The translations under genes and the position numbers were made by a program. Source: Phoronis australis (Eukaryota > Animalia > Phoronida). From it: 64,000 bases of DNA. This document shows, one piece after another, positions 37,501 to 48,699 of the stretch. The DNA is taken from assembly GCA_002633005.1 (NCBI GenBank), contig NMRA01000157.1, positions 62,001 through 126,000 on the forward strand. Reading direction: 5' to 3'. Numbering within the stretch: the stretch's first letter is position 1; every line of letters starts with the position of its first letter. The notes under the pieces are model-generated. The model was not told the origin of the DNA and did no database searches. It worked only from the letters and a program-made list of their open reading frames with translations.

Positions 37501-40500
37501 TAATTTTAAAACTTTCTTGTATGACCATGTTGTGCTAAGAAAAAAATCTTACTAAGAGTTTGAAATCTGTACGACTTTCATTCTGGAGGACCTCTAACAA
37601 AACATTCGTTAAGAAAACTATAATGGTGATGCTTCTCATCGTAGTTAGGACTAATCAATAAAATACATGTCGTGCATGCGAGCATGTGCGCATGAGTTGG
37701 GTCATTAAGATGAAATCTACTTCTTTGTCCTATGCAATTAGTTTGGAAAACAACTTTTATTTATTGACTATGGCACAGGAAGCAAACTTCAAACTAGAAT
37801 ACATCAAATTATGCAGCAGCAACAAATGTTCACATTGAAACAACCAATAATTATATTGGAGTCATTCTTTCATTATATCAAGCAATAGCAAGAACAAAAT
37901 TAATGTTGATACACGCACTGTGTGCAACAATATGATGTCCTAGGTGACCACTATTAAAAAACCTAGCCTAGATGTAAAGCTATATATTAACTAATATTGT
38001 GACAGCTGGGTGAATAACGACAACCATAACGCCTGGCGACTTTCAACACCCCACCTCAGCAGTCTTTCCAAATGCCCGAGAAGTGGCCACTTAATTGAAA
38101 ATTCTCAAAAACAGAGAGTTGGAGCTTAGCCGAGCAGTAACCGGTTGATCAAAAAAATATTCAAACAGAGGGGGTCGATGCTTACGTGAGCATGAACATT
38201 AACCCGAATGTTTTCGGTAACTTAACAAGACCAACAGTGATTATTATCAGCAGAACCCTGTTGCCAAGCAACAATCGCGAAAACACTACAATGCCACAAC
38301 ATCGAACTAAACCCTGTTACCGATACAAGCGTATTTTATAACTCCCAGCTCAGGTAACACTAAACACTAAAGCTGTGACTGTTCCCACCTCTACACCTCG
38401 CACTTTCAACTTCATGTGATCTTCTCGCGTCGTCCGCCCATCCTTCCGTTTCTTCCAGCAGTAGCCATCTTGTCTGTAGCGCACGTGCTTTCGGCTGTAC
38501 AACAGCATGGATCCATTGGCAGGTCTGCAATGTTGCGCAGAACAGTACTGCCAGGCAGCTTCACAGGTAACTCTAATTCATGTCATTGGGCATCAAAATA
38601 ACAGCTTAGGCTGTTATTTTTCAAGTTTCACAGGCAATCTTCATCAGCGGAGGATGAAAAACAAAATTATCACCCGTTATTTGAAACATCTGTACAATAC
38701 AAACTATGCAATCAATCAGTGAAGTTGATTTTCTTAACGATTGTTTATTTTGTTGATAATTTCAATATGGACAGTGTGAATATGAATTGCCCTAGATTTA
38801 TACCAAATGCTGTAGTTTTGGAGTTTCTTTGAAGAGTGGTTCAGCAACCATGTACTTTTGCAAGCAAAAATTTGAACAATTTCAAATTTTGGACACAACA
38901 ATTGGCAAGCAGAAAATTAAAGTACCCACAGCCAACCTCTGTTAGCATTTCACTTCTTGACCAAACCACAATTAATCATCACAATGACTGCAGGACTGCA
39001 TTAAGAGGTGTATTACCTGGTCTGGACCTCAGACAACTGCCACAGCTTGTGTTTACTGAAGGCCAGTAAGATGGAGGCTATTTCCTGTCAAAACAGAAGA
39101 GAAAATGCGTGTTACCAGCCAGAGCTATGTTACCTAGATACAAAACATTTGAGAGAAAGGCCAGTTTAATCACATGCCTGGCTTAAACTTGCAGGGTCTT
39201 TGTTTTTGCAAGATTTTCGTGTCGACGGATCACACCCCAGTAGATGCCACATGAACAGAACAATTATCGAAATTTCTTTGGTATAAATGTCTCGCATCGT
39301 ATTTAAGCTCTAATTTTCAACAATTCAAAACCTTTGTTACAGAAAATTAGCGTGAAGATCTTAACATGAACAAAAATTCTTTCTCACATCTGTTGTGAAC
39401 TTTAGGAACTGTTTAGGGACTGTTCCTGACATCAAAGGAAAGTGATTTACTCGTCTTTTGGCACTGAAATACTCCAAAGATTGTGTTCGTAAAAAGGAAA
39501 CGTTTTCAAATACGGAAAAGCTCAGTGGTGAGAGGATAGCAATTTTTTGAAACAGCTGCGAACGCAGTGTCTCATTTAAAAACCCTGCCTTACTCATTAG
39601 CCCAAGTGCGTACCTCATTCGTGTTCCACCGGTGTCGCTCACGTGTGAAGTCACCAGCAGGCTCCACCTCTTCTAGCTGCTTGGGCAGAACAATCTCTCG
39701 AGGCTCTGCAGAAATTAAGAAAGCGAAAATAGCACCACTAGTCCTGCATGGCACGCTAAGTCGTGTCCACACTACGAGTAACCCCGGAACAACTTGCTCC
39801 TGTTCAGCTGACATTCACACTACAAACTAGACACCGTGTGGCAAATGCAGCGAAAAATAGATTAAACACCCTCCCCACCCACATTGTTGCAAATGCTCAG
39901 AATTTTACCAAACATTGTTTGTTAACAGCAAGGCCATAAGAACTAAGCTAACAGCAAAGTAAATTTTACTGAAAGTTATTTTTTGTTGAAAAATTTGACA
40001 ACATGAAATAATCAAATAATTTTATACTACCAGGAACTCCTAGGTCTCCTTATGGGGACCTCCTGGTGGCTACTATACTCCACGACTATACAGCCAGAAG
40101 GGGTTTTCTTCCTGAAAGAGGCCTAATAGCTGTTTATTGTTACACTAATCAATCAATGCTTTGACATCAATTTTCACTTTGGGTGGTGAAGGAACATGAC
40201 CCTGGTGGTGAAAATTACCCCTCAATGCAAACAGAACATTAGTCTAGCTTAATAGGTAGTGTTTTTCCCACTCATGCGAACCTAGCGAGTTGCCTTCGAT
40301 TTGCCCACCTGATTGATTTTTCATTTTCTAAATCCCCTCGGACGTTAAATTAAATGGGGATGGCATTAAAAATGAAAACTTGTAGTCATTAGCAATTATA
40401 CTAAACACTGCACCACAAGCCATCTGTCAAAGTCATAGAACAAAATACTGAATGTATCAGGCATCATGCACCACAGAATAATGTCTACACCAGCTGCAAC

Positions 40501-43500
40501 AGAACAAGATTGCCAGTAATACACAAAAAAAACTTCAATGCTCATCCATTTATTTTTATCCTAGCTAGCACCCTACAGTAACTGTCATAAGGCTTTTTCA
40601 AACTGAGTTAACTCTGGTCTGAGAGGAGCGTAAACTGCGATGTTAATTAAACCGTTCATACTGGCTTCGGTAGTTAACGGACTTTGAAGTAAACGGTAGG
40701 TGACACTGTTGCCATCCAAGTAATCACAAGGTAGCGCTGCACGCTAGCATTTTTTAATGTGACAATTTGGGAACATTTACATGAGCTAACATAAAACTTA
40801 TTTTTAATGCGACTGGTGATTACTAGACCAAAATTTAAGCAACTATTAGCAACGGTACCACCCTGCAATTGTTCATGATAACAGTAGCACCTGGCGATAA
40901 CTTCCGATAGGACCAAAGTTGACCGTTCATACTGAACCGCATCGTTGACGCTCTGCTGTTTTACGTCCACCTGTTTACTGCGAAGTTAACTGGCGCTGTT
41001 AACTTTGATCCAGGACCGAAATCAAGCATTCATACTGACAGTAACTCCCCAAAAGATTGACTCCACATTAGTATGAAAGGCCTTATAGTCACTGATCCTC
41101 AGAGCTCATGGCTGTGACTATGCATAATTATGAGCTTTGCCTTACCACGTATCACTTCTGTGAGCAGGTCTATTAAAAATGAGATTTTAATCTGTATTCG
41201 ATTAAAAAAAAAACACGGTGATTTTTAATGAGAAATCTAAATGGCCCAATATTAATCTAAATGGCCCAATATTAGTCATATAGGTGTCAAATACCAGTTT
41301 GTGGTCAGTTGCCCTGTTCAGTATGTGACCATATGGACCATGGGTGTAAAACTGGGTTGAAAATGGTTGGGGAGCTCTCTGTGTTGCCCGAATGAAATGC
41401 CAAATTCAAATGAGGCATTCAATTATTTCAAACAAAAGTGCACTACCAACATCTCAAAATGACCGTGCCTGTGTCTGTTTAGATTTTGTGCCCCTGAACT
41501 GTGGCCATCTAATACAGTAGAATTTGAAATTGGGTCAAGTGACAGTGACTCTTTGTCATCTGAGTGACAACCCTAGACAATTGCTTGTCAAGAATGTTTC
41601 AATTGGAATGGTAATATAATATGCGATACATGAAATTTGATACTATCATGAACTAATCTTCTGAGGGGCTCCCACTGTGGCACAGTGCTAGACCCTTGGG
41701 TCAGGTCTCCAGCTCCTCAGCTCAGTTTTATATATATACCACTAAAGCATAAAAAGGTCCCAGGTGACCAGTGTAATGGACCCATCCATCTGAGCGGCCT
41801 GTGCACGTCTGGTACAACGTGTACCAGACCGCCTGCAATTATTTTTTTATGAAATCTTGATGGTAATTACTTTCTGAAGTTATATTTAACACATAAATAG
41901 AGTCCAAAGTACGCGTCTTTTTAGCTTTGTTTCATCAAATAGGCAAAAAATCAACTACGGCAAACTCTAAATATCACGGTAACAATTCTCTAGGTTGGCA
42001 GTCTCTAAGATTTGGAACGCATGAATTCAAGCCAAATTTGATCATTTTGATTTTGAAAATTAGGACGCGAGATTTTGGCATTCATCATACTTCTCAAATA
42101 TGCATTGTGGCTAATTAGTAAACAGCATTCCGCACTCTCACATGCATTCAACGAAATGGGACATTTTTGAGCATATTTTATAACTTTCTTACAACCATCC
42201 TCACATTGCCTGTTGTCACATGGGAGCTAAATCCCACTCCATAAACAGCTGAGTGTTTTAAGTATACTTAACTAATAAAGTCACAATTTCAGTGAATGTC
42301 TGGCAGACAACGGCAGGAATTGGTAATTCATGATAAAATTAAAAAACAACAGATATTGTTGTTTTTACAGCTTTGGACAAAGTTAAAAAAGTCTGTCTCA
42401 TCCAGCAACAATCCCACAAAGGAGGCCTTGTGGCCTAGTAGGTTGAGTATCTCTGCCTCCTGTTCACAAGGTCGTAGGTTCAAATCCCACTGGACCCCGC
42501 TACTGTACCCCCAGACCTCTAGCCCTCAGCTCCGTTTAAATTTATGTACCCGGTATATGTTGCATATGCATCACATGCCAATATTTCATAAATGCAAACT
42601 GGTTTCAGGTGTTTAGTTTTGGGCCTGACTGAGCAGCACTAAGGACCTCTAATGAGACATGCATCTGAGACCACCTGCACTGTTTTTTTCTAACAATAAT
42701 CCCAAAAATGCCTTGTTCAGTCGTAAAAACAAAATAATGTCCCTTTAAAACCCTAGAAATACCACCCATGAGCTCCAACCCAGACAAAATACAATCCTGG
42801 AAAATGTCAAGTGCTTTAAAACTACCATCGTTTGGAAACTGAGTTAATTATCTCGTCTGACAATGCAAAATTGAAACAAAGCCCGAGTTGGTGTTGAAAT
42901 ACATAGCATCCCAAATTAATAGTGAAATTAGCTGCGCGTCCTCGAAGAGCACGCTCGGTCTTGATATTATGCGTTGATTTTGAATAAAAATCCCACCTTT
43001 GAAAGACATTATTTTCCTTCATGCTTTGACAAGGAGCCCTTTGTTTCAATTTTTTATTAAGGAGTTCATGGGCACGTTCCAAGAAACTGACTTACTGAGT
43101 CGACTTAAATTCATTTTTAACTTAAGCCTAAGATTTGTCTCAACTTCCAAACTGCGAAACTTCCACATCCGATAAGATAGTCAAAATTAAGTCAAACTTA
43201 AGATCAATTCCTTAAAACGGACATGAGACAAATTTAAGTTTTATCTTAAAATTGGCTGAAATTTAAGATTCGTCATAGCAAAGTCAGTTTTCTTAGAACG
43301 GACAAAGTGTCGCTATAACCAGTGAAGACAACACCGTGTACTGAACAGAGTTCATTGGCTGCTTTAACGGGAAGATTCACCTCATTGTTAACTTGATTTT
43401 TTGAGTTCGAAAATTGTGACGTCAGCTTGACCTAATTAGCACTCTGTTTCTAACCACTGAATCAATAGCTCAAGCCCCAAAACAGCAGCAGGTGTGTCTA

Positions 43501-45654
43501 GTTCATGGTGTTATCACATCTATAAACTACAGCCTGACAACCCATTTACAAATAATCAAGGGATTTGTTTAAACTGTTATAAAAAACAGCCTTCTACACT
43601 GCGGAAGGAGGGGCTATATTGAGATAAAAAACAACAGGCTTATGGTAAAAAACTGCTTTCCACCATTTCCTTTTGATGACCACGGTGTACAGAATTTCAG
43701 ACTTGCAAGTCACTAGTGTTATACGGTGAGAGTGGTTTTGCTAAAAAATATAGCTAGCGCTGGATTCCGAGAGAAAAGTTCATTGTATAATTTGATTGGA
43801 GATGCGCACCTGGGGCACACAGTGTGAAGTGGTTATCCGGGTGTGGTAAAGTGGAAATAGTACCATACTTTGGGATTTTGGTATTACACTGATGGCAATT
43901 TCAGCCGCGCAAGGTAAAACTATGGGAGGCTAGCTTCCGTATCTCACACTCAGTATAAAAATCAGGTGGCAAGTACTCGGTCATATGGAACACACCCAAG
44001 CTGAACAGTTCAAGTAATCTGAGGCTATCCATTAATACAGGTCAAACCTGACGACATAATTTAAGCTGGGGACCAACTGACAATGTACAGATAGAACAAG
44101 TATTTACTTTAGAGTAGAAAAGATGAATAACTTGAATACCTAGAAATAATTCAGTGAATGACCCAGGCAGACTGTTTGTAATTATAAAAAGATCACAGCA
44201 TAGCGCTGAAATGCGTCCACCGTGTGCATCTCGCATATGGTAAAAAGATAAGCATTGCTCTTTTTTCTCATATTTCCACCATAATCAGATCCATCCGAAA
44301 CTCAGCCTGAGTCGTGCAGGCTCTCCTCATTAGGAACATGCAAGTCCAATTTTAAGAAGATCCATCGAAGAACTTGAAGGCAGAAACAATGACTGTTGGT
44401 CCCTGGAGCGCACCTGAATTGCAATAGTTGAATCCATCCAAAAATTGGAACCAGACATGTTAATCTCAATAGAAACATATGTGCAAATTTCATGAAGGTT
44501 CATCTAAGAACTAAAATTGTACTAAGCGGGCTCCACAGTAGAACACCCCAAAAATTAAAGTCTGCCATGCTTTCCTCAACAGGAACGCATGTGTCAACTT
44601 TCAGGATACATCAAGAGGATTAGTGCGTTGTGGGTTGCACAAAGGGAGGTACAACATCAAAAACAGAATCACAAATTTTTAAATGGCCGTGGGGGAGGCA
44701 AAAAGGTTGAATCCCTCTAAACAAGACAGGTCGCTGTTGATTTCTTCATACAAGCTTATATGTCACATTTCGTGAAGGTCTACCAAGAAACTTGAAAGAA
44801 ATACAGGTTCATGGAAGGGAAATCCAAACTGTCACTAGGGGGCGTCACAGTTGTCGAACCCATCCCGAGATCAACATCAGCCATTTTCTCCTCAACAGAA
44901 ACAAATAGACCAAATTTCATTTAGGTCCATTTAAGGATCTTGGCAGAAAGGCAAAAGAAAATAAAATTGCCACTAGGAGGTGTTATCGTAGTCGGACATG
45001 TCCAAAAATTAAAATCAAGTTATATTCTCTTCAATAGGAGCATACCTTCCACATTTCATCACGGTCTTTGTCAAACAGTTTGGCAGACAGAGCTCGGCGG
45101 ATGCCAAAACAGACTCCAAAGTAATAAAAAATTGTCACCGGGCAGTTCAGAACATATCGAATCTGCCCAATCTGGAAAGTGTTGTCATCATCACAACAGA
45201 AACATATTTGCCAAATTTCATAAAATTCCATCACAGAACTTTGTACACCCAGAAGATATCGCCATCCATCACCAGCTTCATAGAACCACACCTGTCAAAT
45301 TTCAAGAAGATACTACCAGGGTTCAGATACAGCAGTAGACGTCACTCACCGGGGACACCTATACAGAGATGATGACAATATGTACCCACACATGTATGTA
45401 CATGTGTGCGTATTAAAAAAATAGTGCTAACATGATTAACACACCAGGGTAACAGTATACAGGGCACGACATCATCGGTAGAAAAATAAGTACCTTTAAC
45501 TGGTGGGATGATGGCAAGAAAACAGCAACAGACATATTAAAAATTACTAAACAACCATACCAACTACTGCAGCTTATGATTCTATTCCCACGTTATGCAG
45601 GTAAGGCAAACAACGAAGACACTTACCCTCCCTGCCTTGAGACGAGGGTTCCAT
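19465..45654 (-). CDS. CAMTA: Calmodulin-binding transcription activator (CAMTA1/2 co-ortholog), 19 coding exons, about 1303 aa in the microexon-skipping isoform
   Basis: Exons chain in phase. CG-1 domain (RHRWNTNEEIA...DGYCWKKRKDGRTTREDHMKLKV...FHRRCYWLLQN), TIG (ITDFTPEWSFTEGGTKLLIIGPW), ankyrin repeats (GMTLLHFAAALGY), LATQIIAAIPERIK motif and five IQ motifs. Confidence 0.96.
21120..21145 (-). CDS. CAMTA: CAMTA candidate 26-nt microexon (HNEGFLNH)
   Basis: tttgtttttgtgtgttttatgtag acceptor; weak CAG|gtgtct donor; TGCATG about 36 nt downstream. Confidence 0.35.
21690..21720 (-). CDS. CAMTA: CAMTA candidate alternative 31-nt frame-shifting microexon (SLLWDMYSAYR)
   Basis: tttcctaaccatttgccag acceptor, CGG|gtgagt donor; phase 2 to 0. 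Confidence 0.65.
22186..22586. mobile_element. PIF/Harbinger-type MITE with ~45-bp TIRs and CAG target-site duplication
   Basis: Left ggcccggtctccaatctttttactcgaaa versus right (reverse complement) ggcctggtctgtaatctttgtactcgaaa; CAG at 22183-22185 and 22587-22589. Confidence 0.85.
22780..22798 (-). CDS. CAMTA: CAMTA candidate 19-nt microexon (TTGAAATGTGTCCATTCAG)
   Basis: ttttgttgctacttaccctttcag acceptor, CAG|gtaaat donor. Confidence 0.45.
23342..24460 (+). mobile_element. Non-autonomous Helentron-associated (HINE / pearl-CvA-like) element with internal ~150-bp degenerate repeats
   Basis: Recurring gccactagg..., aaatttcat...atcc units; ACAC/GGAC microsatellite remnant; 3' hairpin ccacat...atgtgg then A-run. 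Confidence 0.55.
23911..24326. mobile_element. MITE nested in the HINE-like element
   Basis: taa|gccgcatttacacggga ... tcccagtgcaaaaacggc|tat imperfect TIRs. Confidence 0.6.
24887..24897 (-). CDS. CAMTA: CAMTA candidate 11-nt microexon (CTGGAACAAAG), or the start of an alternative terminal exon
   Basis: gcattttcgtattgtttag acceptor; AAG|gtgacc donor (moderate). Confidence 0.3.
25871..25927 (-). CDS. CAMTA: CAMTA exon (THYQRKRNQERNKSVAGA)
   Basis: ttttgtag acceptor, AG|gtaagt donor, 57 nt, phase 2/2. Confidence 0.88.
25978..26185 (-). repeat. Dispersed repeat family A copy
   Basis: aatgaaggga.aattaacaggaaa.ttagt...gctaagcc shared with 33428-33660. Confidence 0.75.
26461..26705. repeat. 44-bp tandem repeat, about 5.5 copies, overlapping a CAMTA exon/intron junction
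   Basis: Units start at 26461, 26505, 26549, 26593, 26637 and 26681; consensus caggtcaactctacctgaacctctgggcatactctatgatgcta. Confidence 0.92.
26695..26888 (-). CDS. CAMTA: CAMTA IQ exon (YAYYKRMSEAAVTIQSQFR...AARIIQNQYR...AAVIIQQRF)
   Basis: ttgtag acceptor, AG|gtagag donor, 194 nt. Confidence 0.93.
27517..27665 (-). CDS. CAMTA: CAMTA IQ exon (QEQRNLFEAAKIIQDAFRQYK...AAILIQSYYRRYKQ)
   Basis: gcgtag acceptor, CAG|gtatcg donor, 149 nt. Confidence 0.94.
28280..28452 (-). CDS. CAMTA: CAMTA exon (YPDLG...DSPPPT...EQDFSLLTLS)
   Basis: ttctag acceptor, G|gtaagt donor, 173 nt. Confidence 0.92.
28964..29270 (-). CDS. CAMTA: CAMTA exon (DIRC...MVNLATQIIAAIPERIK...AFDEG)
   Basis: ttccag acceptor, AG|gtgggt donor, 307 nt. 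Confidence 0.91.
29723..30461 (-). CDS. CAMTA: CAMTA exon (LWSCGLG...VLYQWD... Ser/Thr-rich linker)
   Basis: tttcag acceptor, G|gtaaaa donor, 739 nt. Confidence 0.92.
31131..31206 (-). CDS. CAMTA: CAMTA exon (HEVNRAVLSAEVDALSVDGNSSTPL)
   Basis: tttatag acceptor, gtaagg donor, 76 nt. Confidence 0.92.
31758..31911. mobile_element. Short CAG...CTG MITE with 5-bp duplication AGAAC
   Basis: agaac|cagggtcggattcagg ... ttaaatctaccactg|agaac. Confidence 0.65.
32085..32275 (-). CDS. CAMTA: CAMTA ankyrin exon (NVDK...FEDRVL...GMTLLHFAAALGYEKLIRALIQW)
   Basis: tttcag acceptor, AG|gtaaaa donor, 191 nt. Confidence 0.94.
32945..33228. mobile_element. MITE with ~45-bp imperfect TIRs
   Basis: tgtttcgtgaaaagtgactcgagacttaagaca versus reverse complement tgtttcatgaaaaatgactggaggcttaagtca. 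Confidence 0.7.
33255..33352 (-). CDS. CAMTA: CAMTA exon (NQLQAGLLQRLQDIEKRL...NPHA)
   Basis: ttgcag acceptor, gtaagg donor, 98 nt. Confidence 0.87.
33428..33660 (-). repeat. Dispersed repeat family A copy
   Basis: caaaatgacccggaattccctgtcatgacgactg is the reverse complement of the 1855-1890 block. Confidence 0.78.
33808..33885. repeat. 26-bp tandem repeat, 3 copies
   Basis: tatttatactggttttgagactacaa x3. Confidence 0.88.
34156..34284 (-). CDS. CAMTA: CAMTA TIG exon (AHCAGLVTLQVA...FEYK...WMDID)
   Basis: ttgcag acceptor, G|gtaagt donor, 129 nt. Confidence 0.94.
34722..34848 (-). CDS. CAMTA: CAMTA TIG exon (GGTKLLIIGPW...GVLRCFAP)
   Basis: acacag acceptor, G|gtgaat donor, 127 nt. Confidence 0.94.
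35276..36256 (-). CDS. CAMTA: CAMTA large exon (SSEMIQ...THDCLC...RIISPK...ITDFTPEWSFTE)
   Basis: cttcag acceptor, GAG|gtaatt donor, 981 nt; lies within ORF 35222-36286. Confidence 0.94.
36523..36569 (-). CDS. CAMTA: CAMTA 47-nt exon (YASPKTLDSPVSQDTV)
   Basis: ttctag acceptor, gtaagt donor; needed to convert phase 1 to phase 0 between the neighbouring exons. Confidence 0.82.
36709..37092. mobile_element. hAT-like MITE remnant
   Basis: Subterminal gaatcgaatcgaa repeats and CCCCTA terminus. Confidence 0.45.
37206..37419 (-). CDS. CAMTA: CAMTA exon (CIYGCYVHS...LVHYLN...ELTPM)
   Basis: ttccag acceptor, T|gtgagt donor, 214 nt. Confidence 0.94.
38389..38524 (-). CDS. CAMTA: CAMTA exon (PANGSMLLYSRK...DGYCWKKRKDG...KVRGVE)
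   Basis: ttgcag acceptor, GAG|gtggga donor, 136 nt; CG-1 core. Confidence 0.95.
39017..39084 (-). CDS. CAMTA: CAMTA exon (EIASILLAFSKHKLWQLSEVQT)
   Basis: ttgacag acceptor, AG|gtaata donor, 68 nt. Confidence 0.92.
39614..39705 (-). CDS. CAMTA: CAMTA exon (PREIVLPKQL...RERHRWNTNE), start of CG-1
   Basis: tctgcag acceptor, GAG|gtacgc donor, 92 nt. Confidence 0.92.
40591..41082. mobile_element. Harbinger-like MITE (ggc.tttca.act TIRs, TAA/TTA flanks)
   Basis: TIRs at both ends; homologous in reverse to 47812-48699 and 61010-61385. Confidence 0.8.
41234..41273. repeat. 20-bp perfect tandem duplication
   Basis: aatctaaatggcccaatatt x2. Confidence 0.85.
42424..42550 (+). mobile_element. tRNA-derived SINE head (degenerate)
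   Basis: Pol III A box TGGCCTAGTAGG and B box GGTTCAAATCCC at tRNA-like spacing; stems decayed; body ctc.agc.cctcagctc.gttt.a shared with about 41705-41740. Confidence 0.6.
43071..43303. mobile_element. MITE with ~23-bp TIRs
   Basis: cgttccaagaaactgactt versus reverse complement cgttctaagaaaactgactt. Confidence 0.65.
44185..45420 (+). mobile_element. HINE-like element, same family, about 8 internal repeats
   Basis: Units of tcctcaa.aggaac.cat.tg.caaatttcatgaag.tcc and cactagg; terminal hairpin acacatgta-tacatgtgt then A-run. Confidence 0.6.
45627..45654 (-). CDS. CAMTA: CAMTA first coding segment MEPSSQGRE (exon 45713-45627 including 5' UTR)
   Basis: ccttgcag acceptor, G|gtaagt donor, GCCATGG Kozak context, in-frame stops upstream; phase 1 fits the next exon. 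Confidence 0.7.
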
Positions 45655-45667
45655 GGCCAGACTGTAG

Positions 45668-45706
45668 TCACCTAACCCATGGTTGGACAAACCTATCTAC
45701 AGTCAT
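45668..45706 (-). promoter_or_regulatory. Two upstream ORFs in the CAMTA 5' UTR (MTVDRFVQPWVR*, 45706-45668; MG*, 45680-45672)
   Basis: Both ATGs are out of frame and terminate 13-17 nt before the main ATG; the second has ACCATGG context. Confidence 0.55.
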
Positions 45707-47346
45707 GGACTATCTGCAAGGAAATTAAACGACAATAAATTATGGCTGGGCCTATTGTGACAGGGTACTTTGCTGCTCTGCTTCCCTGTAGCATGGCTGG
45801 CAGAGAAATAAATAGGCGACTTGGTTTTATAGCAAAATATCCAGCCAGATAAGAAACAGGCCTATCGCTCACTAAAATGTTTGTCTATCTATTTATAGCA
45901 AGATGTTTTCAATACCGGGAGTGAGTTTGAGGAGAAGTTTGGTGTAAAATTTTAAAACAAGACAAACTGTGCCAAACAACTTCAAGTCATTTATTTGATA
46001 GCACCAATCTCTATTTCCAGAGCTTACTTCGAACCATTCAATGCATTAGCTGTCACAGGGACTCGCTCAGAGCATTGAACAGAGAGTTGAGCATACAAAC
46101 ACATAGATTTAAGGTTATATAGGACCTTGAAATAACATTCAAACTTGGCTAACTTTAGAAATTAAATCACATTTCAGAAATGGCTGATCTTATTGAAAAA
46201 CTGAAACTTTCAGATACTGCTCTTGCAAGAGTGACTGCCAAAAAGAGGATTTTTATGAAAGATGTTTGTGAAAAACGAAAAAAATGAGAACCTAACTTGG
46301 AAAACTATAGCATTTTTGAAATTTTATCTTGCACATTTAAATATCAAATGAAATCAGGTCATTTTGCCTAGAATGTACAATTCTTTTTCATTAAATTTTG
46401 CAAAAATGACTAAATCAAGGATAATCAAAATTCAAATTCTACAGTCTCCGCTCTTCGAAAATACATAGGTTTCCTAAGTTTAAATCTATAGCTTTGTAAA
46501 TCCTTGGCTAAGCACATATTTATTGATAAGGTCCATAACCTAAAAGCGCAAGAACCAAACAAGGAGACGGCTCACATTTCTGACATTTCTACACGGACGT
46601 ATATGAAGGGCCCTCCAATTTCTGTCCATTGTTACGGTAGACATGTGCCCCTGGTAACGATCCAGAGGCCGTGCCCGAACAGTAAAGGTACGTATTCTCA
46701 TTTAAAAGACACAAGGATTACGGCTGTGGCACAGACTAAAAATATGCTTTGCATCTCAACCCCTAGATGGCAGGCCAACAAAGACAAACTACCTGACATG
46801 TCAAGACAATATATCGCACTGCGTGTAATGAATATAAACTGCGGTGAAATGTCACGAATTCCAGACAAAAAATAATTGACAAAAATATTTTTTCCGTTTT
46901 TAAAGGCTTGTAACACTTTGACTTGAAATATTGAACGGCCGCAACTTTTTAAAACTTTGCTTGATGGTAACTGTGAAACAAAACTTGAACGTGGAAAATT
47001 ATTTGTGCTGCGTATGCTTCATAAGAAAATGATCGAATAAAATCTCAATTGTTGGCCATATTGAATTCTAAATTGGTGAGATTTTGCTGTATGAGACTCC
47101 TGTCTAAACCCTGGTATAGATGCCTGGCCTGACACCTTGTAAATGGGTTATGAGGCAATATGGTCAACATCAAAGATACAAATCAAGACCTCAGAAGTCT
47201 GCATTTCTAGGTCTGCCTGTCTACATGAACAACATTCTAGAAAGTCACAAAAATGGACCTCAGAGATTTCCTTACGTTCTTCATCGCTCTCCCTCTGTCA
47301 ATGACTTCCTCTGTCAAATGAAGTGCATTTAGAAAATAGGATCTAT

Positions 47347-47743
47347 GGTCTAGAGCTGTAATCTTCTTACTCAAAACTGAACTCAAATTATTTTTGGCAT
47401 TTTCTATTCTTCTTTTGTGCAAACTCCATATATTAAATAGCTGCAGATTATTGCATGCTCGAATACATAATGGCTTATGTGTATAACTTTTTAATCCTAG
47501 TTTGCACTTGATGATCTCAGCTTTAAGGCTAAAAGTCTAAACTCAAAATTCTGAGTTTTCACTCGAAATCTCGAGGTCTCACAAATAAAGGGGTCGCTAA
47601 GTGCAAACTTGGACTAGAAACACATGCACGTATTAAATCACAGATTAATAGCCGCTTATTTAGAGTTCTCACAAAAGTAGAACAGAAATTGCCAAAAATA
47701 ATTTCAAGTTGTATTTAGAGTACAAAGATTAGCTCCCGGGCCC
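47347..47743. mobile_element. Diverged second copy of the 22186-22586 MITE family
   Basis: Shares agaaattgccaaaaata.ttt..agtt...gagtacaaagatta...ggccc right end and ttggcattttcta left arm. Confidence 0.7.
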
Positions 47744-47811
47744 CTGGAATGTTCAAATCAAAACAGGGACCAGCTAACACATGAAGGTCTTTTACTTCAA
47801 TACAATCTAAA

Positions 47812-48699
47812 GGCCCTTTCACACTAACGTCGACGAGTCGAAGTTTTGGAGAGTTGCGGACACTATGAACAGTTAACTTCCTGGCTGCATTGAAGTTAAC
47901 AGCACCAGTTACTTTGCAGTAAACAGGTAGACTTAACAGCGGAGCGTTGACGCTGCGGTATGAACGGTCAAGTCCGGTCTCATCAAAGTTATCACCAGGA
48001 GTAACAGCTATCGTCAATAACGAAAGAGCAGCATCATTGCTACTGGGGTTTCTGTAGATAAGCCTACCCGATGATATGCCCATGGACGTTTATTCGGAAA
48101 ATTATGCCGAATAAAAGTCCATGGGAGTATATTTGGTGTTACAACTTTTGGTATCAAGTATCCAGATAGTGGGGCGTTTATTCGGAAAATTTTCTCTTAA
48201 AGCCCATTCCCCGCCAACGTTTTCTCACAAATTCAGTTTTATGGAGCATTTATCATTTATAAAAACGAACAAGATGTTGGCGAACTATGCATTTATTAAC
48301 ATAAAATTTAAAAACAGTTTCAAGTAAAAAAATGTCAAAGTCAGCAAAAATATGACTTTCCGTATACACGCCCCCTTTTTCCGAATAAACGCCCGGGCGT
48401 TTATTTGGTGTCTCTAAAACGCCTGAAAAATTTCATTCTCCGAATACCCACCCACGGGCTTATCTACGGAAAATCTCGGTAATAGTTACTTATATTTTGC
48501 TCTGATAATCACCAATCGGATTATAAATAAGTTTTGTGTCAATTAGCACGCGTAAATTTTCTCAAATAGTCACATAAAAAATCTTAACATGCACGCAATG
48601 CATCTGCAATACCCTACGGTTAGTTCAATGATGACAGTGTCACCTACCGTTTACTTCAATGTCAGTTAACAACCGAAGCTAAGTTAGCGTCAAGGGTCC
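47812..48699. mobile_element. Copy of the 40591 MITE family interrupted by a nested insertion
   Basis: Homology on both sides of 48043-48479. Confidence 0.78.
48043..48479. mobile_element. Tc1/mariner-type MITE nested in the element above, TA duplication
   Basis: TA|ctggggtttctgtagataagcc ... ggcttatctacggaaaatctcgg|TA; the empty site is intact in the 61010 copy. Confidence 0.8.

Noticed and set aside
42424-42497. Functional tRNA gene
   Set aside because: A and B boxes are present, but the acceptor, anticodon and T stems are mispaired and a repeat body follows; better explained as a SINE head
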